Assembly: GCA_043228905.1 (NCBI GenBank)
Contig: JBHGNT010000008.1
Span: forward strand, 13,702,001 to 13,766,000
From: Azolla caroliniana
Lineage: Eukaryota > Plantae > Polypodiophyta
DNA length: 64,000 nucleotides
Direction: 5' to 3'
The number at the start of each line of letters is the position of its first letter. The stretch's first letter is position 1. Positions 38,366-50,336 of the stretch are shown piece after piece. The position numbers and the translations under genes are program-made. A model generated the notes under the pieces. That model searched no databases and was not told the origin of the DNA. It worked only from the letters and a program-made list of their open reading frames with translations.

Positions 38366-39921
38366 CATATGGCTTTCTACACCCACTTCCAATCCCCAGT
38401 CGACCTTGGGCATCTCTCTCCATGGACTTTATCACCGACCTTCCTCGAGTCGGTGACCATGACACGGTGCTAGTGGTCGTCGATCGGTTTTCGAAGATGG
38501 CTCACTTTGTCCCATGTTTGAAAACCATTTCAGGGGAGGAGACAGCTTCCCTTTTTCTGAAAAATGTCGTCCTCTTACACAGTTTTCCTAAGGATGTCAC
38601 TTCTGATCGAGGTCCTCAATTTATCTCCCACTTTTGGCGCCAACTGCTACAGACATTCGGGACTTCTGTGAACTTGTCAACCATGCACCACCCTCAAACT
38701 GATGGCCAAACCGAAAGAGTCAACCAAATCCTCGAACAATACCTCCGTTGTTCAATTAGCTACCAACAAGATGATTGGGTGAACCTCCTTGCCATGGCAG
38801 AATTTGCCTACAATAACAGTATCCATGCCTCAACTAAAGTTTCCCCATTCTTTGCAAATTACGGTTTCCACCCTCGTTTCAGCATTTCCATTCCGGAGAT
38901 ATCCATCAATCCGTCGGCCGAGAAGCATGCCCACACCTTACAAGATGTCCACCGTGACCTCTCCCTCGAGCTCCATGTTGTTGGCCAACAGTATAAAGCT
39001 CACGCTGACCGACATCGCTTAGTCGCGCCGACCTTCGCAGTCGGTGACATGGTTTGATTGCTACGTCGGCATATCGCAACCACCCGTCCTTACGCGAAGC
39101 TCGACTACAAAAAGCTAGGCCCCTTCCGTATCCTCGAGTGCGTTAACCCAGTTGCCTTCCGGTTAGCACTTCCCCCCACATTTCGCCTTCACAATGTTTT
39201 CCATGTCTCTCTCCTCGAACTCTATCATCCTTCTCGCATTCCGGGACGCCAACCTCCTCCGCCGCCGCCCATGGAATTATCGACAGTGAGGAGTATGGGG
39301 TTGACTGGATCCTCGACTCTCGCTTGCGTCGATGGCGACCTCAATACTTGGTCTTATGGAAAGGTTGCTCTCTTTCGGATGCCACATGGGAACCAGTTAC
39401 ACACTTACAAAATGCACCGGAGGCAATTCGCGCTTTTCACCAACGATACCCCCATAAACCGGTCGCGGGTGTTAGGAGGCGGCCTTAGAGGGAGGATAAT
39501 GTCATAGACATATGCCACAGAGGAAGGTAGGGATTGAACCCAAAACCTCATGGTCTCTATTGGGCAAACCCTACCACTTGAGCTACATATGCATCCTTAT
39601 ATTTAATTCAACTTCATATAGTGTAGATTGAACATTGGAAGTTCCTAGCTTACATGCATTCTCATTCTCTAGCTTGCATGCATCCTCATGCATTCTCTAT
39701 TGCAGGCATCCTCATGCGTACTATTGCATGCATCCTCATGCACTCTATTTCTATCTGGCTTACATAGCCCTACCCTCTTGTATAAATACTCATGTGCATC
39801 TTGATTCTAATCAAGGTGAACAACACAAGTTACGGATTCTATAAGTTGAGTTCTTGTTCTTTTCCTCTCTCTTGTTCTCTAGTCTTATCTTCGTTCTACT
39901 CTATTATACTTGTCCGTGACA
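38366..39921 (+). mobile_element. 5'-truncated chromovirus (Tf2-type INT plus chromodomain) with PPT and 3' LTR 39500-39921
   Basis: PWASLSMDFITDLP, QTDGQTERVNQ, GPF motif and chromodomain-like YLVLWKG...DATWEP (frameshifted). PPT AGAGGGAGGATAA. LTR termini TGTCA...TGACA. Confidence 0.88.
39526..39585 (-). other. tRNA-derived (SINE-head-like) segment with Pol III A and B boxes inside the LTR
   Basis: Minus strand reads TAGCTCAAGTGGTAG...GGGTTCAATCCC. No intact acceptor or anticodon stem. Confidence 0.6.
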
Positions 39922-40380
39922 CTTTGACCCCCCACTTCTTTTCGAGAGGCTTGGGTGGAAATAGAATTAGGCTTAGTGTAAAGTCACTTTCCTTTAGCAA
40001 GTATACCACGTATTGTACACTACTAGAACTCTTTTAGCTTAAGTTCTATGTTTACTTTATTTTATTTTAGTTATGATAACTGGATAAATACTCATTTTGT
40101 TGTAAACCAATTGTCTCATGGGCCAATTTTGGCCTTAGAAGACGTTAATATATCTTTCTTTCTCTCTCTTTCTCTCTCTCTCAAACCAAAAAAACTCACT
40201 TACTATTGATAACTCCAAAATGTAAACATACATACATCCATGTCATGAAGAAAAATCCCTTACAAATAAATTCCCAATTGCTACTATTTCTAAGCAACTA
40301 GGCTCAATAAAGTGGAAAAGGCCGATAAAAAATGCAAACAAAAAGACACTACTTCTACTCGGATAGTTAATTAATTAATT

Positions 40381-40583
40381 TTAATCAAACAATGAGAATC
40401 CCATATCATTATCGCTTTCTTCTTCTTTCTCTTTTACTTCTTCCTTCTCTTCTACAATAGGAGCACCACCACCACCACCACTACCCCCTCCCCCACCCGT
40501 AGCCGATGTTATTGCTCCACTAGACACAAAGTCGCCCCTCCTCCACCGCCAATGATTACTTGGAAGACTAATCCAAAAGCGCC

Positions 40584-40629
<46 letters not shown>

Positions 40630-40761
40630 CATAAGCAAGTGCTAAAGATTGAAGGAAGAATTAGCAGATCCCTCAAGGCAACCTCCATCCTCCGAAGCAA
40701 GGTGTTGCTTAGCACTCCAAGAGCCACCGCCGCTTCTGCCGATGAAGGTGAAGACGGCCAT
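40381..40761 (-). pseudogene. RPP3: Processed pseudogene of 60S acidic ribosomal protein P3 (plant-specific P-stalk protein)
   Basis: MAVFTFIGRSGGGSWSAKQH...LEGSANSSFNL, then a stop, a (CT)n tract, VFQVIIGGG, and the C-terminus KEKEEESDNDMGFSLFD in a shifted frame. No introns. Confidence 0.8.
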
Positions 40762-40837
40762 AGATACAAGTAAACCGTGTCTCTCTCTATCTCGTTCCTC
40801 CTGTGAGAAAAAGGAAAAGAAGCAATTAACAAACATG

Positions 40838-40839
<2 letters not shown>

Positions 40840-40894
<55 letters not shown>

Positions 40895-41353
40895 CTATCT
40901 CTATCTCATTCCTCCTGTTCTATATAGGTGCATATGTATGTATTGTATGTATGGCATGTGTCCATGCACGTATGTGTTATATGTGTATATGTGTGTATCA
41001 CATGTGTGTACGTATGTATGTGTTATATGTGTATATGTGTGTATCACATGTGTGTACGTATGTATGTGTTATATGTGTATATGTGTGTATCACATGTGTG
41101 TACGTATGTATGTGCTATATGTGTGTGTATTCTATATTTCTACGTATGTATGTGCTATATGTGTGTGTATTCTATATTTCTACGTATGTATGTGCTATAT
41201 GTGTGTGTATTCTATATTTCTACGTATGTATGTGCTATATGTGTGTGTATTCTATATTTCTACGTATGTATGTGCTATATGTGGTTGTATTCTATATTTC
41301 TACATATGTATGTATGTATTATGTACATTGTATATATATCATGTGGCTATGTA

Positions 41354-41422
<69 letters not shown>

Positions 41423-42030
41423 TTTCTATTGATGTACATATGCATGTATTGTATTGCATGTGTATATATGTATGTGTGTGTCTATACATATTGTATTGTA
41501 TTGCATGTGTTGAATGTATCGTATGTGTTAAATGTATCGTATGTATGGCATGTGTGTGTATATATATTCTTTACATGTCCATATGTATGTATTGTATGTA
41601 TGGCACATGTGTATGTGTTATGTGTGTCTATTCATGCATACAATACAATATATACATACACACATACAACACACACCACATACATATATACACATATGCA
41701 CGTATGTATGTGTGTATGTATGTACATATTGTATTGTATGTATGTACATGTATGGATGTAAGTTGGTAACATTTATACAAGTATCATTGTTGGCATGTGT
41801 ACCTATATACGTGTAGCAGTGTATGAATGAATATATGTATGTCCATGTACGAATGCATATATGTGTATACATGTAATATGTAATGTATTTATGTATGTAT
41901 ATTTTCAGTGTATTTATTGTATTTAGTATGTTTATGGCTCATATATGGATGTATGTTTGCAATATCACATAATATGCATGCATATATCCAATGTATGTGT
42001 AAGCATACATATATCTAATGTATGTGTGTG
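40840..42030. repeat. Low-complexity (CT)n/(TG)n/(TATG)n array with 46-bp (~3x) and 40-bp (~5x) minisatellite units
   Basis: TACGTATGTATGTGCTATATGTGTGTGTATTCTATATTTC repeated at 41101-41300, and (GT)n at ~41358-41420. Confidence 0.9.
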
Positions 42031-43240
42031 TGGGTTTAGGGTTTAGGTTGTTGACCTATATGGTTGGTTTCACAATAGCTTCTCCTCATTTTAAAGCTAT
42101 CACAAAATGTGCACTTTATGTATACATGTGTGGATAGCCTATCAACTTGGGGTGATCATCGATTATGTCTACCATTACTTTGGACTCTTTATCATTAATT
42201 CTTCGTTGATAACCATACATAACCCATGATATCACTCATATTTTAGGTGTTTTTCTCCTTTGCACATTCCATGTGACAACACCATCGTGCAACACCCCGG
42301 CACAACGTGGCATTGTTTGTGGCATAATGAAGAGTATGAAGCTAAACCTCCTTATCACTAGTACTCCACCCAACCCTAGACTCAACACATAATTACCTAG
42401 CAATTCACATTCTACCTCCCTTTCCTATAGAAACACATAGGAGCATAAGACTTTTCCTTCCCGTTTGAATTACCCCTAAATTTCAACAAAATATACATAA
42501 TCTTGTCCATTCTACACTCCCATCCCCCTTTCATGAAGTATAAGTAAACAAAGATGTACACCCATAAATGCATAGAAGAATACAAACACATACAATTAAT
42601 ATAATCAACATACACACACACACGTACAACAAAAAAATACGCAATTGTGCAGATACATACTACTTCATGTAGTTGTACATTTACACACTTGACACAAGTA
42701 TATGGACATAAAAACACACATCAACTCAAACATCACGTGTACACACATCAATGCATCATGTCCATATACACATATTTGGACACATGAATTCCCCAACACA
42801 GACAAATACGTGTACAAGAACACTCAAGTGCACAAGTACACCCATTCATTAGGTGGAACACAAGCAACCCCCTTACAAAATTAGAGACATTTGCATGCAT
42901 CCTAATTCACACATATTTATACATTATACATGGAATTTGCAAGATACCACAATTACTCACATTACACATCAAGGTGCACACATGCAACACATTAGCACAC
43001 ACACTAAATATATATTTACAAGTGCACCCATGAAAATTAAGAAGATATAAACACACCATGAGCATGCCAACACCACTCGACTCCCATAAACCTTCATGGG
43101 CAATGCCACAAAATCCATCTTCCTTTTTTTAGAACCCCACATTTTATGAATTAAATTTATATAGTTAAGAGTTATAGACTATTAACATAATAAGTTATGA
43201 CATTTGAGATCAACTATTTTTTTATTTGGCAGTTTAAAAG

Positions 43241-43562
43241 TATGAGACTTTTGATTTAAATTAAACTCTTTGTTAAATAATTGTGCAAAAGTTTGCAAGA
43301 AAATTTGGTTTTGCCCAAAACTACAAAATTGTGCTTCAATGGCTTAACAACTTAGAAACAATTTGTAAATCTCTTAAGCCATTTGGTTTGAGCTTTGGAT
43401 ATGGGACTTTTGATTTAAATTAAACTCTTTGTTAAGTAATTGTGCAAAGGTTTACAGGAAATTTTGGTTTTTGCTCAAAACTACAAAATCATGCCTCAAC
43501 AGCTTATCAGCTTCGAAACAATTTGTAAATCTCTTGAACCATTTGGTTTGAGCTTTGGATAT
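43241..43562. repeat. Tandem duplication, ~159-bp unit x2
   Basis: TATG[A/G]GACTTTTGATTTAAATTAAACTCTTTG starts at 43241 and 43400. Both units end in GAGCTTTGGAT. Confidence 0.85.
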
Positions 43563-45546
43563 CCTTCCAAAGGTTTGATTTTAATGCTTCAACTTAAACA
43601 ATTTCAGAGTTTAGTTTAGTTCGGTTGAAATTTCAAAATATTTTTAATGGTTTAAGTTTGGCACTCCCAAATTGAAGCGAACACTCCCTATTGCTATAGA
43701 GTCTAGACCACATTCAGATGATATATCTTGTAAAATATTTATAATCTTATATACAATAGGTTTTTTTGTTCCCTTTTCATTTTTTCCTTCGTGTCATAAC
43801 AAGTGCTCTTTTATAGGGTTTCCAATATAGTATAGCCTAAGCATGATGCCGACTTCTAGAACTACTCAATATCTTATTAGCATTTACATTAGTTCAAAAT
43901 TTAATATTACATGCTTCATAATTACATTTTGTATGCACAATGTTGACAAATTTTAAATAGTATGCCCTCGTGTGTTCATTTACAATCGGAGCTTATCCTT
44001 GTTTTTGGGATGGTTCACACCATGTACAATTCGGAACAAGAAATTGACCAAACAAACCAAAATGCTAATATTGCAGGTGAATTCTCCCAAGTAAACAATG
44101 TCGCCAACTAGCAATGTCTAACTTGGAGGTGAGGGTTAGATTTTCAAAAGACCCAAGGGGGATGAGCAATGTACTTAGTTAGAGAGATGCTCTTATACCA
44201 TGCTAACTTCGGCATGAAATAGGATTCAAATAATGACACAGGCAAAATGAATGAGACAAAGTTGAGTTTCAATCTCATGTGTTCGCAAGTGAGCAAATAC
44301 AATATATACAATTTTGTGGCTTGAAGTGTTCAACCAACCTTAGTTCTTTCTATCAAGGCTGCTTTAATACATAAAATTGTTAATCCTAATGGTTAATTGA
44401 ACTAATATAGATGTGTCTCAATGACCCTCTTCATTGATAGTGCTCAGAGCATCTACTGGTGCATGTTCACATGTGGACATAGTTTATTTTAGCTTTTAGC
44501 TTGATTTAGTTCACTAATTATCTTTAAAGGTCACATACTTGTAAATCTTTTCTTCTTCCCGTACTCTATTAAGGGGAACTCTATTAGTTGACACCTACCT
44601 AGTTTATGATTTTAGTGTCAACCTTGAATTCAAGGATTTATATCATGCAAATCTAACTACAAAAGAAAAAGAAATGAAAGCAAACTATCATCCATATTAG
44701 TGTTACACCTATATTACATGCCTTTTTTATGTTTTTGTTATATTGTAAATGTCATATGAACAAGTAACAATGCATTGTATTATGCCTTGCATGTAATGTG
44801 TTGTTGTATTATGCATGGTTGCTTGTTGTTATACTTCTCCATCACCCCATCGATATTAATAGAATAAATCATTGCGTATCATAGTCGTGGATTACATTGC
44901 CTTGTTATAGAATTGAATGTTGTTCAGCGCTATAATTTGAGCAAACAAGCATTACGATGAATTTATGCAATATCAAATGTGGTTGATTATACTATAGTCT
45001 CCTTTGTGAATTACCAATAATCCAATCCATCAATTCTACATATATTTTTTGTGACAATATCATTGAAGGTGTGTTACAACTGAAAATGAAGTATTTGTTT
45101 GATTATTCTTTTAATGAAGTACATTCCCTTTCCTGGGAGTATTTAGTTCTATGTCTATGCGAGATGTGCACGGATCTCCTTCCTTCCTTTGAAACTTTAA
45201 TCAAGGCGACAATCGTCAAGAAACAACGGTGGGGGAATCCTCTCTAGCCCACCCATTCCCCGTCACCTCTTCCCTTATGAGGTCCCGGGTCGTGACAACA
45301 ATAAAAAAAAAGGCCGAGTCTTAATAGACAAACTCTTAGGGTTTGGGCATTCGTTGTGAAATTGGGTGCACCATGTGCCATATCACGCGGCAACATCTTC
45401 GATGTGTGCTAGTGGGTGGGTTTGGGCCAGGGATCGTGGGCAATTGTAAGCCCCGTAGAGCAATGCAAAATTGTGTGGAATCTATCGATGAAAAATGGGT
45501 TGGAATTATTACCCCCTTGGGAGTATGACATGATTATTATATGCAC

Positions 45547-45783
45547 AACATATATGGGTTGTAATGAAATTTGCAGAACCCATGCTGATCTGTTGCTTCC
45601 ATACATACATACATACATACATACATACATACATACATACATACATACATACATACATGTGATAGGGATGGGGAACATATATGGGTTGTAATGATATTTG
45701 CAGAACCCATGCTGATCTGTTGCTTGCATACATACATACATACATACATACATACATACATTCATACATGTGATGGGGATGGC
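45547..45783. repeat. Tandem duplication containing (TACA)n, upstream of SPAG6
   Basis: AACATATATGGGTTGTAATGA...GCAGAACCCATGCTGATCTGTTGCTT occurs twice, each copy followed by (CATA)n. Confidence 0.85.
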
Positions 45784-46224
45784 TGGCTGTAAGGTGGTGT
45801 GTGGATTTGATGGATCCTCAGTTTTCAGATGTGTGAACACACAATACATACATACACACACACGCACACAAAGGTTTGCACAAATTTGATGAATCAATGG
45901 AAAGCTTCAAATTTTGATATAATGGAGAAAAATGGGGCAAAAAGAAAGAAAGAAAGAAAAGGAAAGGAAAAAAGAAGGTAAGAAATGGAGGGGCGTGATA
46001 GAGAGAAATTGGGAGAGAAGGAGATTTAGGAGATAGAAGGCAGGAAGAAAGGAAGAAAGGGAAGGAGCAGGCAAATTTCTAACTGTCGTCCCTGCAGAGA
46101 TAGAGATTATCGTCATCAAAATTATCATGATATTCGCCACCACAGTGGGATCGCATCAGACTGGCTTTGCCTTAAATAAACTACTATAATCAATCGAACG
46201 GATTGCAGATTTGGATTCATCACC

Positions 46225-46326
46225 ATGGCTGCCACCACCCGCTCAATCCTCCATGTTCTCGAGACATTCCAAAAAGCCAGGATCACTTTCGTGCAAACCG
46301 TCGCCGATTTGGCAACTAAACCCCAG
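46225..46326 (+). CDS. SPAG6: SPAG6 exon 1
   Basis: ATG in CACCATGG context; donor CAG|GTAATA. Confidence 0.9.
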
Positions 46327-49300
46327 GTAATAAATACTAAATACCAAATCATGGATTTTGATTATTTCTGGCGGCATTCATCCATTCGATTCTTTCTTTC
46401 GAGTGTTCTGCCTTCAGCCTTTTCCTTTTTTGTCCTTACGATTTCATGTTTCTTACAATTTCTTTCTTTTCGGTAGTCGATTTGGCAACTAAACCTCAGG
46501 TAATAAATACTAAATACCAAATCATGGATTTTGATTATGTCTGGCGGCATTCATCCATTCGATTCCATTCGATTCTTTCTTTCGAGTGTTCCGCCTTCAG
46601 CCTTTTCCTTTTTTTCCTTACGATTTCATGTTTCTTACTAGTTCTTTCCTTTCGGTAGTCGATTTTGCAACTAAACCTGAGGTAATAAATTCCAAATACC
46701 AAATCATGGATTTGATTATTTTCTGGCTGCATTCATTCATTCGATTCGATTCAATTCGATTCTTTCGTCTATGTTCCGCCTTAAGCCGTTTCCGTTTCCT
46801 GCTTTTTTGTCCATGAATTTCCCTGCTTTTTGGGGGGATTTTTAGGTTTTTCATGTTTCTTACTATCTCTTTCTTTTCTGGTTTGGTTTCTGTAGAATGT
46901 GGACGTGCTTTTCCAGAGTGGGGTGATGGATCTTCTGAGGCCTTTGCTGTTGGATACTGTGCCACAAATCCAACAGACAGCAGCCCTGGGCTTAGCGAGG
47001 CTCGCGAACTACAGTGAAGAGCTTGCACAAGCCGTGGTCTCCCACAGCATTCTTCCGCAACTCATCTCATCGTTGAAGTAAGCAAGCAACTGTGTAATAA
47101 ACCCACCTATGGTTTTAGTCATACCACATATTGCCTTCATGATGATGATGCATACGAAATCTTGGATTGATGTTAACTGTGGGTCCACATTTCATAGGCC
47201 CACACAAAATCGGTACAATAAGAAGGCGGCGGCATCCGTGCTCAAAGCTGTGGCCAGGCACACCATGGATCTCGCACAAGCTGTAGTCGATTCAGGTTCT
47301 CTTGAGAACTTAGTGCTATGCCTCGAAGAATTTGATCCGATAGTTAAAGAAACTGCTGTGTCGGCTCTCGGACAGATCGCGAGACATTCCGGCAAGCTCG
47401 CACAGGCTGTTACGGATGCGGGTTCTATCCCATTCTTAGTCCTGTCTGTTCAGGTTTTTACCTCTGGCAGGATTGCACTTTCCTTGTTACATAATTAACC
47501 TATTCAACATGATTTATTAACAAAGAAAATATAGAAGATGAGAGGCTGCATATACTTGAACCTGAGACTGAACCAATGGCTAATTGATGCATTCCATACT
47601 ATACTATACTCATACAGTGGGTCCATTGTGCACAATACCGATGCCAGACCCACCAAAAAATGGACTCGTGAAGAGTGCCCCTCTGGTAGTTGGACATTAG
47701 TTCAAATTAGATACATGAAATTTGCAGCTTCTTAGACTGAAAACTAAAATATATAATATTGATAAGAGAAACATATGCGAATAGCTTTTGCAAATTAAGG
47801 AAATAATCTTCCTGCTAGGAACCAGAATTGTCTCTTCGACGAGCTGCAGCACTTACATTGGCGGAAATAGCAAAACATGCTCCAGAACTTGCTCAAATAG
47901 TGGTTGATGCGAAAACTGTGCCTTTGATTGCACCACTCGTGACACATTCCGACGCAAAACTCAAAAGACAGGTTTCGAAGCTAGCATTATAGATTAGATA
48001 TTAGTTCTTCTATTGGATTGAATGATGAATATATCGCAATATGAAATATTTTTTGATTTTGGTGTAATAGGTTTGCTATTGCTTGAGCTCAATTGCAAAA
48101 CACACCGTTGAACTAGCAGAGGTGAATTGCCATCTTCTATAATATCGATGCCCAGTGACCATTAAACTCTATTCTACACATTAATCTTCATGAATTTGAA
48201 GTAATCCATATGTTACGAAGATGTTTAAATTTCTTTCTTTGAGCTTAATTGGCTAGGTGGTTGTAGCCGCTGATGTATTTCCAAAGATCTTCTTGGCCCT
48301 CAAAGATATTGATCCGCAAGTACGGAGAAATGCAGCAATAGTGGTGAGAGAAGTATGTAAGCATAATGTACTACTTGCTCAGGTAGTTGTGAGCAATGGT
48401 GGTGCTGCGGCACTTGTTGAAAATGTGGCAGATACGTGTGGAAGTGAGAGATTGCCCGGTAACCAACTTCTCGATTCTAAAATACATTGGTTTCCCATCT
48501 TGCATTGATTGTTTGTCATAGATATGCAAAATCATGGCATTTATAAGTGTTTCAGAGCCCAAAGAATTCCTTTTAGTGAAATTTCCACCCATTGATTGAC
48601 ATTGTGCCAATTGAATGATGGAATAATATATTACACAAATATGTGCATAAAATCACTTAACACATAAGTAATCATGGATTGGTGAAGATTATTAACATGG
48701 TGATATCACACATGTAAGACGGCGTGATCATGCATTCAATTGTTTATCAAATGTTATGGCAATCAAGGCTGAATAGACGATTGCTAAACAGTCATGTAAC
48801 CAGCTGATGTAACTAGAGAGATTGAATAGACAAAGTTGCATTATAACATTGGGCATTTTGCACCATAAGAGGATATAGCAGCTTAGTAATCATGATTGGT
48901 CACTGATGATGGGTTACAATGTCCATATGAAAACATGGTGTACGATCAATGCATGTAGGAGTGATGGCCATTGGGTACATTGCGGCGTTGGATGAGGCGC
49001 TAGCAAGCGTATTGATTGCATCAAATGGGATAGCGCCACTTGTAGACGTGCTTTGCAACGAGCAAGAAGATCATATAAAGAGTGCGAGTGCGTGGTCATT
49101 AGGGCAGATGGGGCGTCACAGCCCCATCCATGCCACGGCTTTGGCGGAGTCTTCTGCTCTCCCACACATTGTATCTGCCTTCCTCTCTCCCACTGCTAGT
49201 GAAGACCTCCAAAACAAGTGCAAGCGTGCTCTCAAAGCCATCATCGAGCACCTGACACACTTCCCATCTCTTGATGCTTTGCTCCAAGTAAGTAAAAAGA

Positions 49301-49785
49301 AACCCCAACGTGTGAAGATTGCTATTATCAAAGTTTGCATAAACCTTCAAGATTCATCGACGGGAAAAATTTAACGCTTGATTGTTGACCATTAAAACAC
49401 CCTTGGCTAAACTCTTTAAGCATTATATTGATCAAAATTGGCAAGCATATTCAAGTTTAATGGCTTACTGTGAATTCATATTATAACACTTGATATTCCT
49501 CAGGGGCCAAGACTTCCTGATAGCACACTGAAGTCAGTGCTAGCACAACTGGCCAAAGTGTTGCCTAGTGATGCCGAGGCTCGCACCAAATTCGTGACTT
49601 CAGGTGGGTTTGAGAAACTGCAAAAATTGCTCCCATTGGAGCCTGGTAGCGAGCTCAAGGAACACATCGACAAGATCAACACTTGCTACCCGATCGAGAT
49701 TGTTCATTACTACTCTCCTGGATACTCAGAAACCCTCCTCCAAAAGCTTACAGGATCCAAAGCCTCCACAATTGCAGCTGCGTAA
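46225..49785 (+). CDS. SPAG6: Sperm-associated antigen 6 / PF16, axonemal central-apparatus armadillo-repeat protein; 8 exons, 518 aa
   Basis: Spliced CDS of 1557 nt with GT-AG introns and consistent phases. Motifs match SPAG6/PF16: KARITFVQTVADLATKPQN, LLRPLLLD.VPQIQQTAAL, CLEEFDP.VKE, EDHIKSASAWSLGQMGRH, FVTSGG, CYP.EIV.YYSPGYSETLL. Confidence 0.95.
46305..46880 (+). repeat. Triplication (~173-182-bp units) of the exon-1 end, 5' splice site and intron-1 body
   Basis: CGATTT[G/T]GCAACTAAACC..AG|GTAATAAAT starts at 46305, 46478 and 46660. Confidence 0.9.
46896..47077 (+). CDS. SPAG6: SPAG6 exon 2
   Basis: TTTCTGTAG|AATGTG ... TTGAA|GTAAGC (phase 2). Confidence 0.9.
47198..47453 (+). CDS. 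SPAG6: SPAG6 exon 3
   Basis: TTCATAG|GCCC ... GTTCAG|GTTTT; QNRYNKKAAASVL...VLSVQ. Confidence 0.9.
47819..47971 (+). CDS. SPAG6: SPAG6 exon 4
   Basis: CTGCTAG|GAACCA ... AGACAG|GTTTCG; EPELSLRRAAA...DAKLKRQ. Confidence 0.9.
48071..48121 (+). CDS. SPAG6: SPAG6 exon 5
   Basis: TAATAG|GTTTGC ... GCAGAG|GTGAAT; VCYCLSSIAKHTVELAE. Confidence 0.88.
48257..48458 (+). CDS. SPAG6: SPAG6 exon 6
   Basis: GGCTAG|GTGGTT ... CCCG|GTAACC (phase 1). Confidence 0.9.
48959..49287 (+). CDS. SPAG6: SPAG6 exon 7
   Basis: CATGTAG|GAGTG ... CTCCAA|GTAAGT. Confidence 0.9.
49504..49785 (+). CDS. SPAG6: SPAG6 exon 8 (terminal)
   Basis: TTCCTCAG|GGGCCA ... TAA, in frame with ORF 49537-49785. Confidence 0.9.
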   Translation, partial: GPRLPDSTLKSVLAQLAKVLPSDAEARTKFVTSGGFEKLQKLLPLEPGSELKEHIDKINTCYPIEIVHYYSPGYSETLLQKLTGSKASTIAAA

Positions 49786-50336
49786 CCAGCATCATCGTCG
49801 TCATTGACGGACTGGAGAATGTGTGGAAGTTTGAGGGGGGATTAAATTCATGTCACACTATTTATGTCAAATACAATCATTTCCTTCACGAATGCTAAAA
49901 ACAATGTGGAGTGATTGAAAATCTATTTGGGTTCAGGGACAGTGTTTGCAGCTAGTATGAATGTGCTGACACAAGAGTCTTTAACAAAGAAAAAATGTCC
50001 ATATAAAACATTCTATCATCAACGTCATGGAATCAAATTCCATAACATTAAAATTCTGAGGGGAGTCCAACATCTATCATGAACGAATGTAGAGATGCTC
50101 AAATCCTAGGAACGTAGCCTTCTTTTTCTGTTTTAGGTTGATTTGAACCTAAGTTAGTTACAATTAACTTGTCAAATTCATAGCTCACTAACTGTACCAC
50201 CGTCCACATAAATTTGGATGGTTCTAAATCTGAATTTAACCAACAAGAGTAAAACATTTGGATTAAGATATACAACCATACTTGTTACAAATTACATACT
50301 AATAACTATAACAAGATTCTAGTGCCTAGTAAATAC

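Noticed and set aside
39526-39585. Functional tRNA gene
   Set aside because: Acceptor and anticodon stems do not pair; kept only as a tRNA-derived segment.
40928-41872. Long C/V/Y/M-rich ORFs (up to 277 aa)
   Set aside because: Artefacts of TG/TATG microsatellite lacking stop codons.
42032-42047. GGGTTTAGGGTTTAGG plant telomere-like motif
   Set aside because: Only about two units; too short to call an interstitial telomeric array.
43700-45130. Possible decayed coding or DNA-transposon sequence upstream of SPAG6
   Set aside because: No ORF of 60 aa or more and no recognisable motif.
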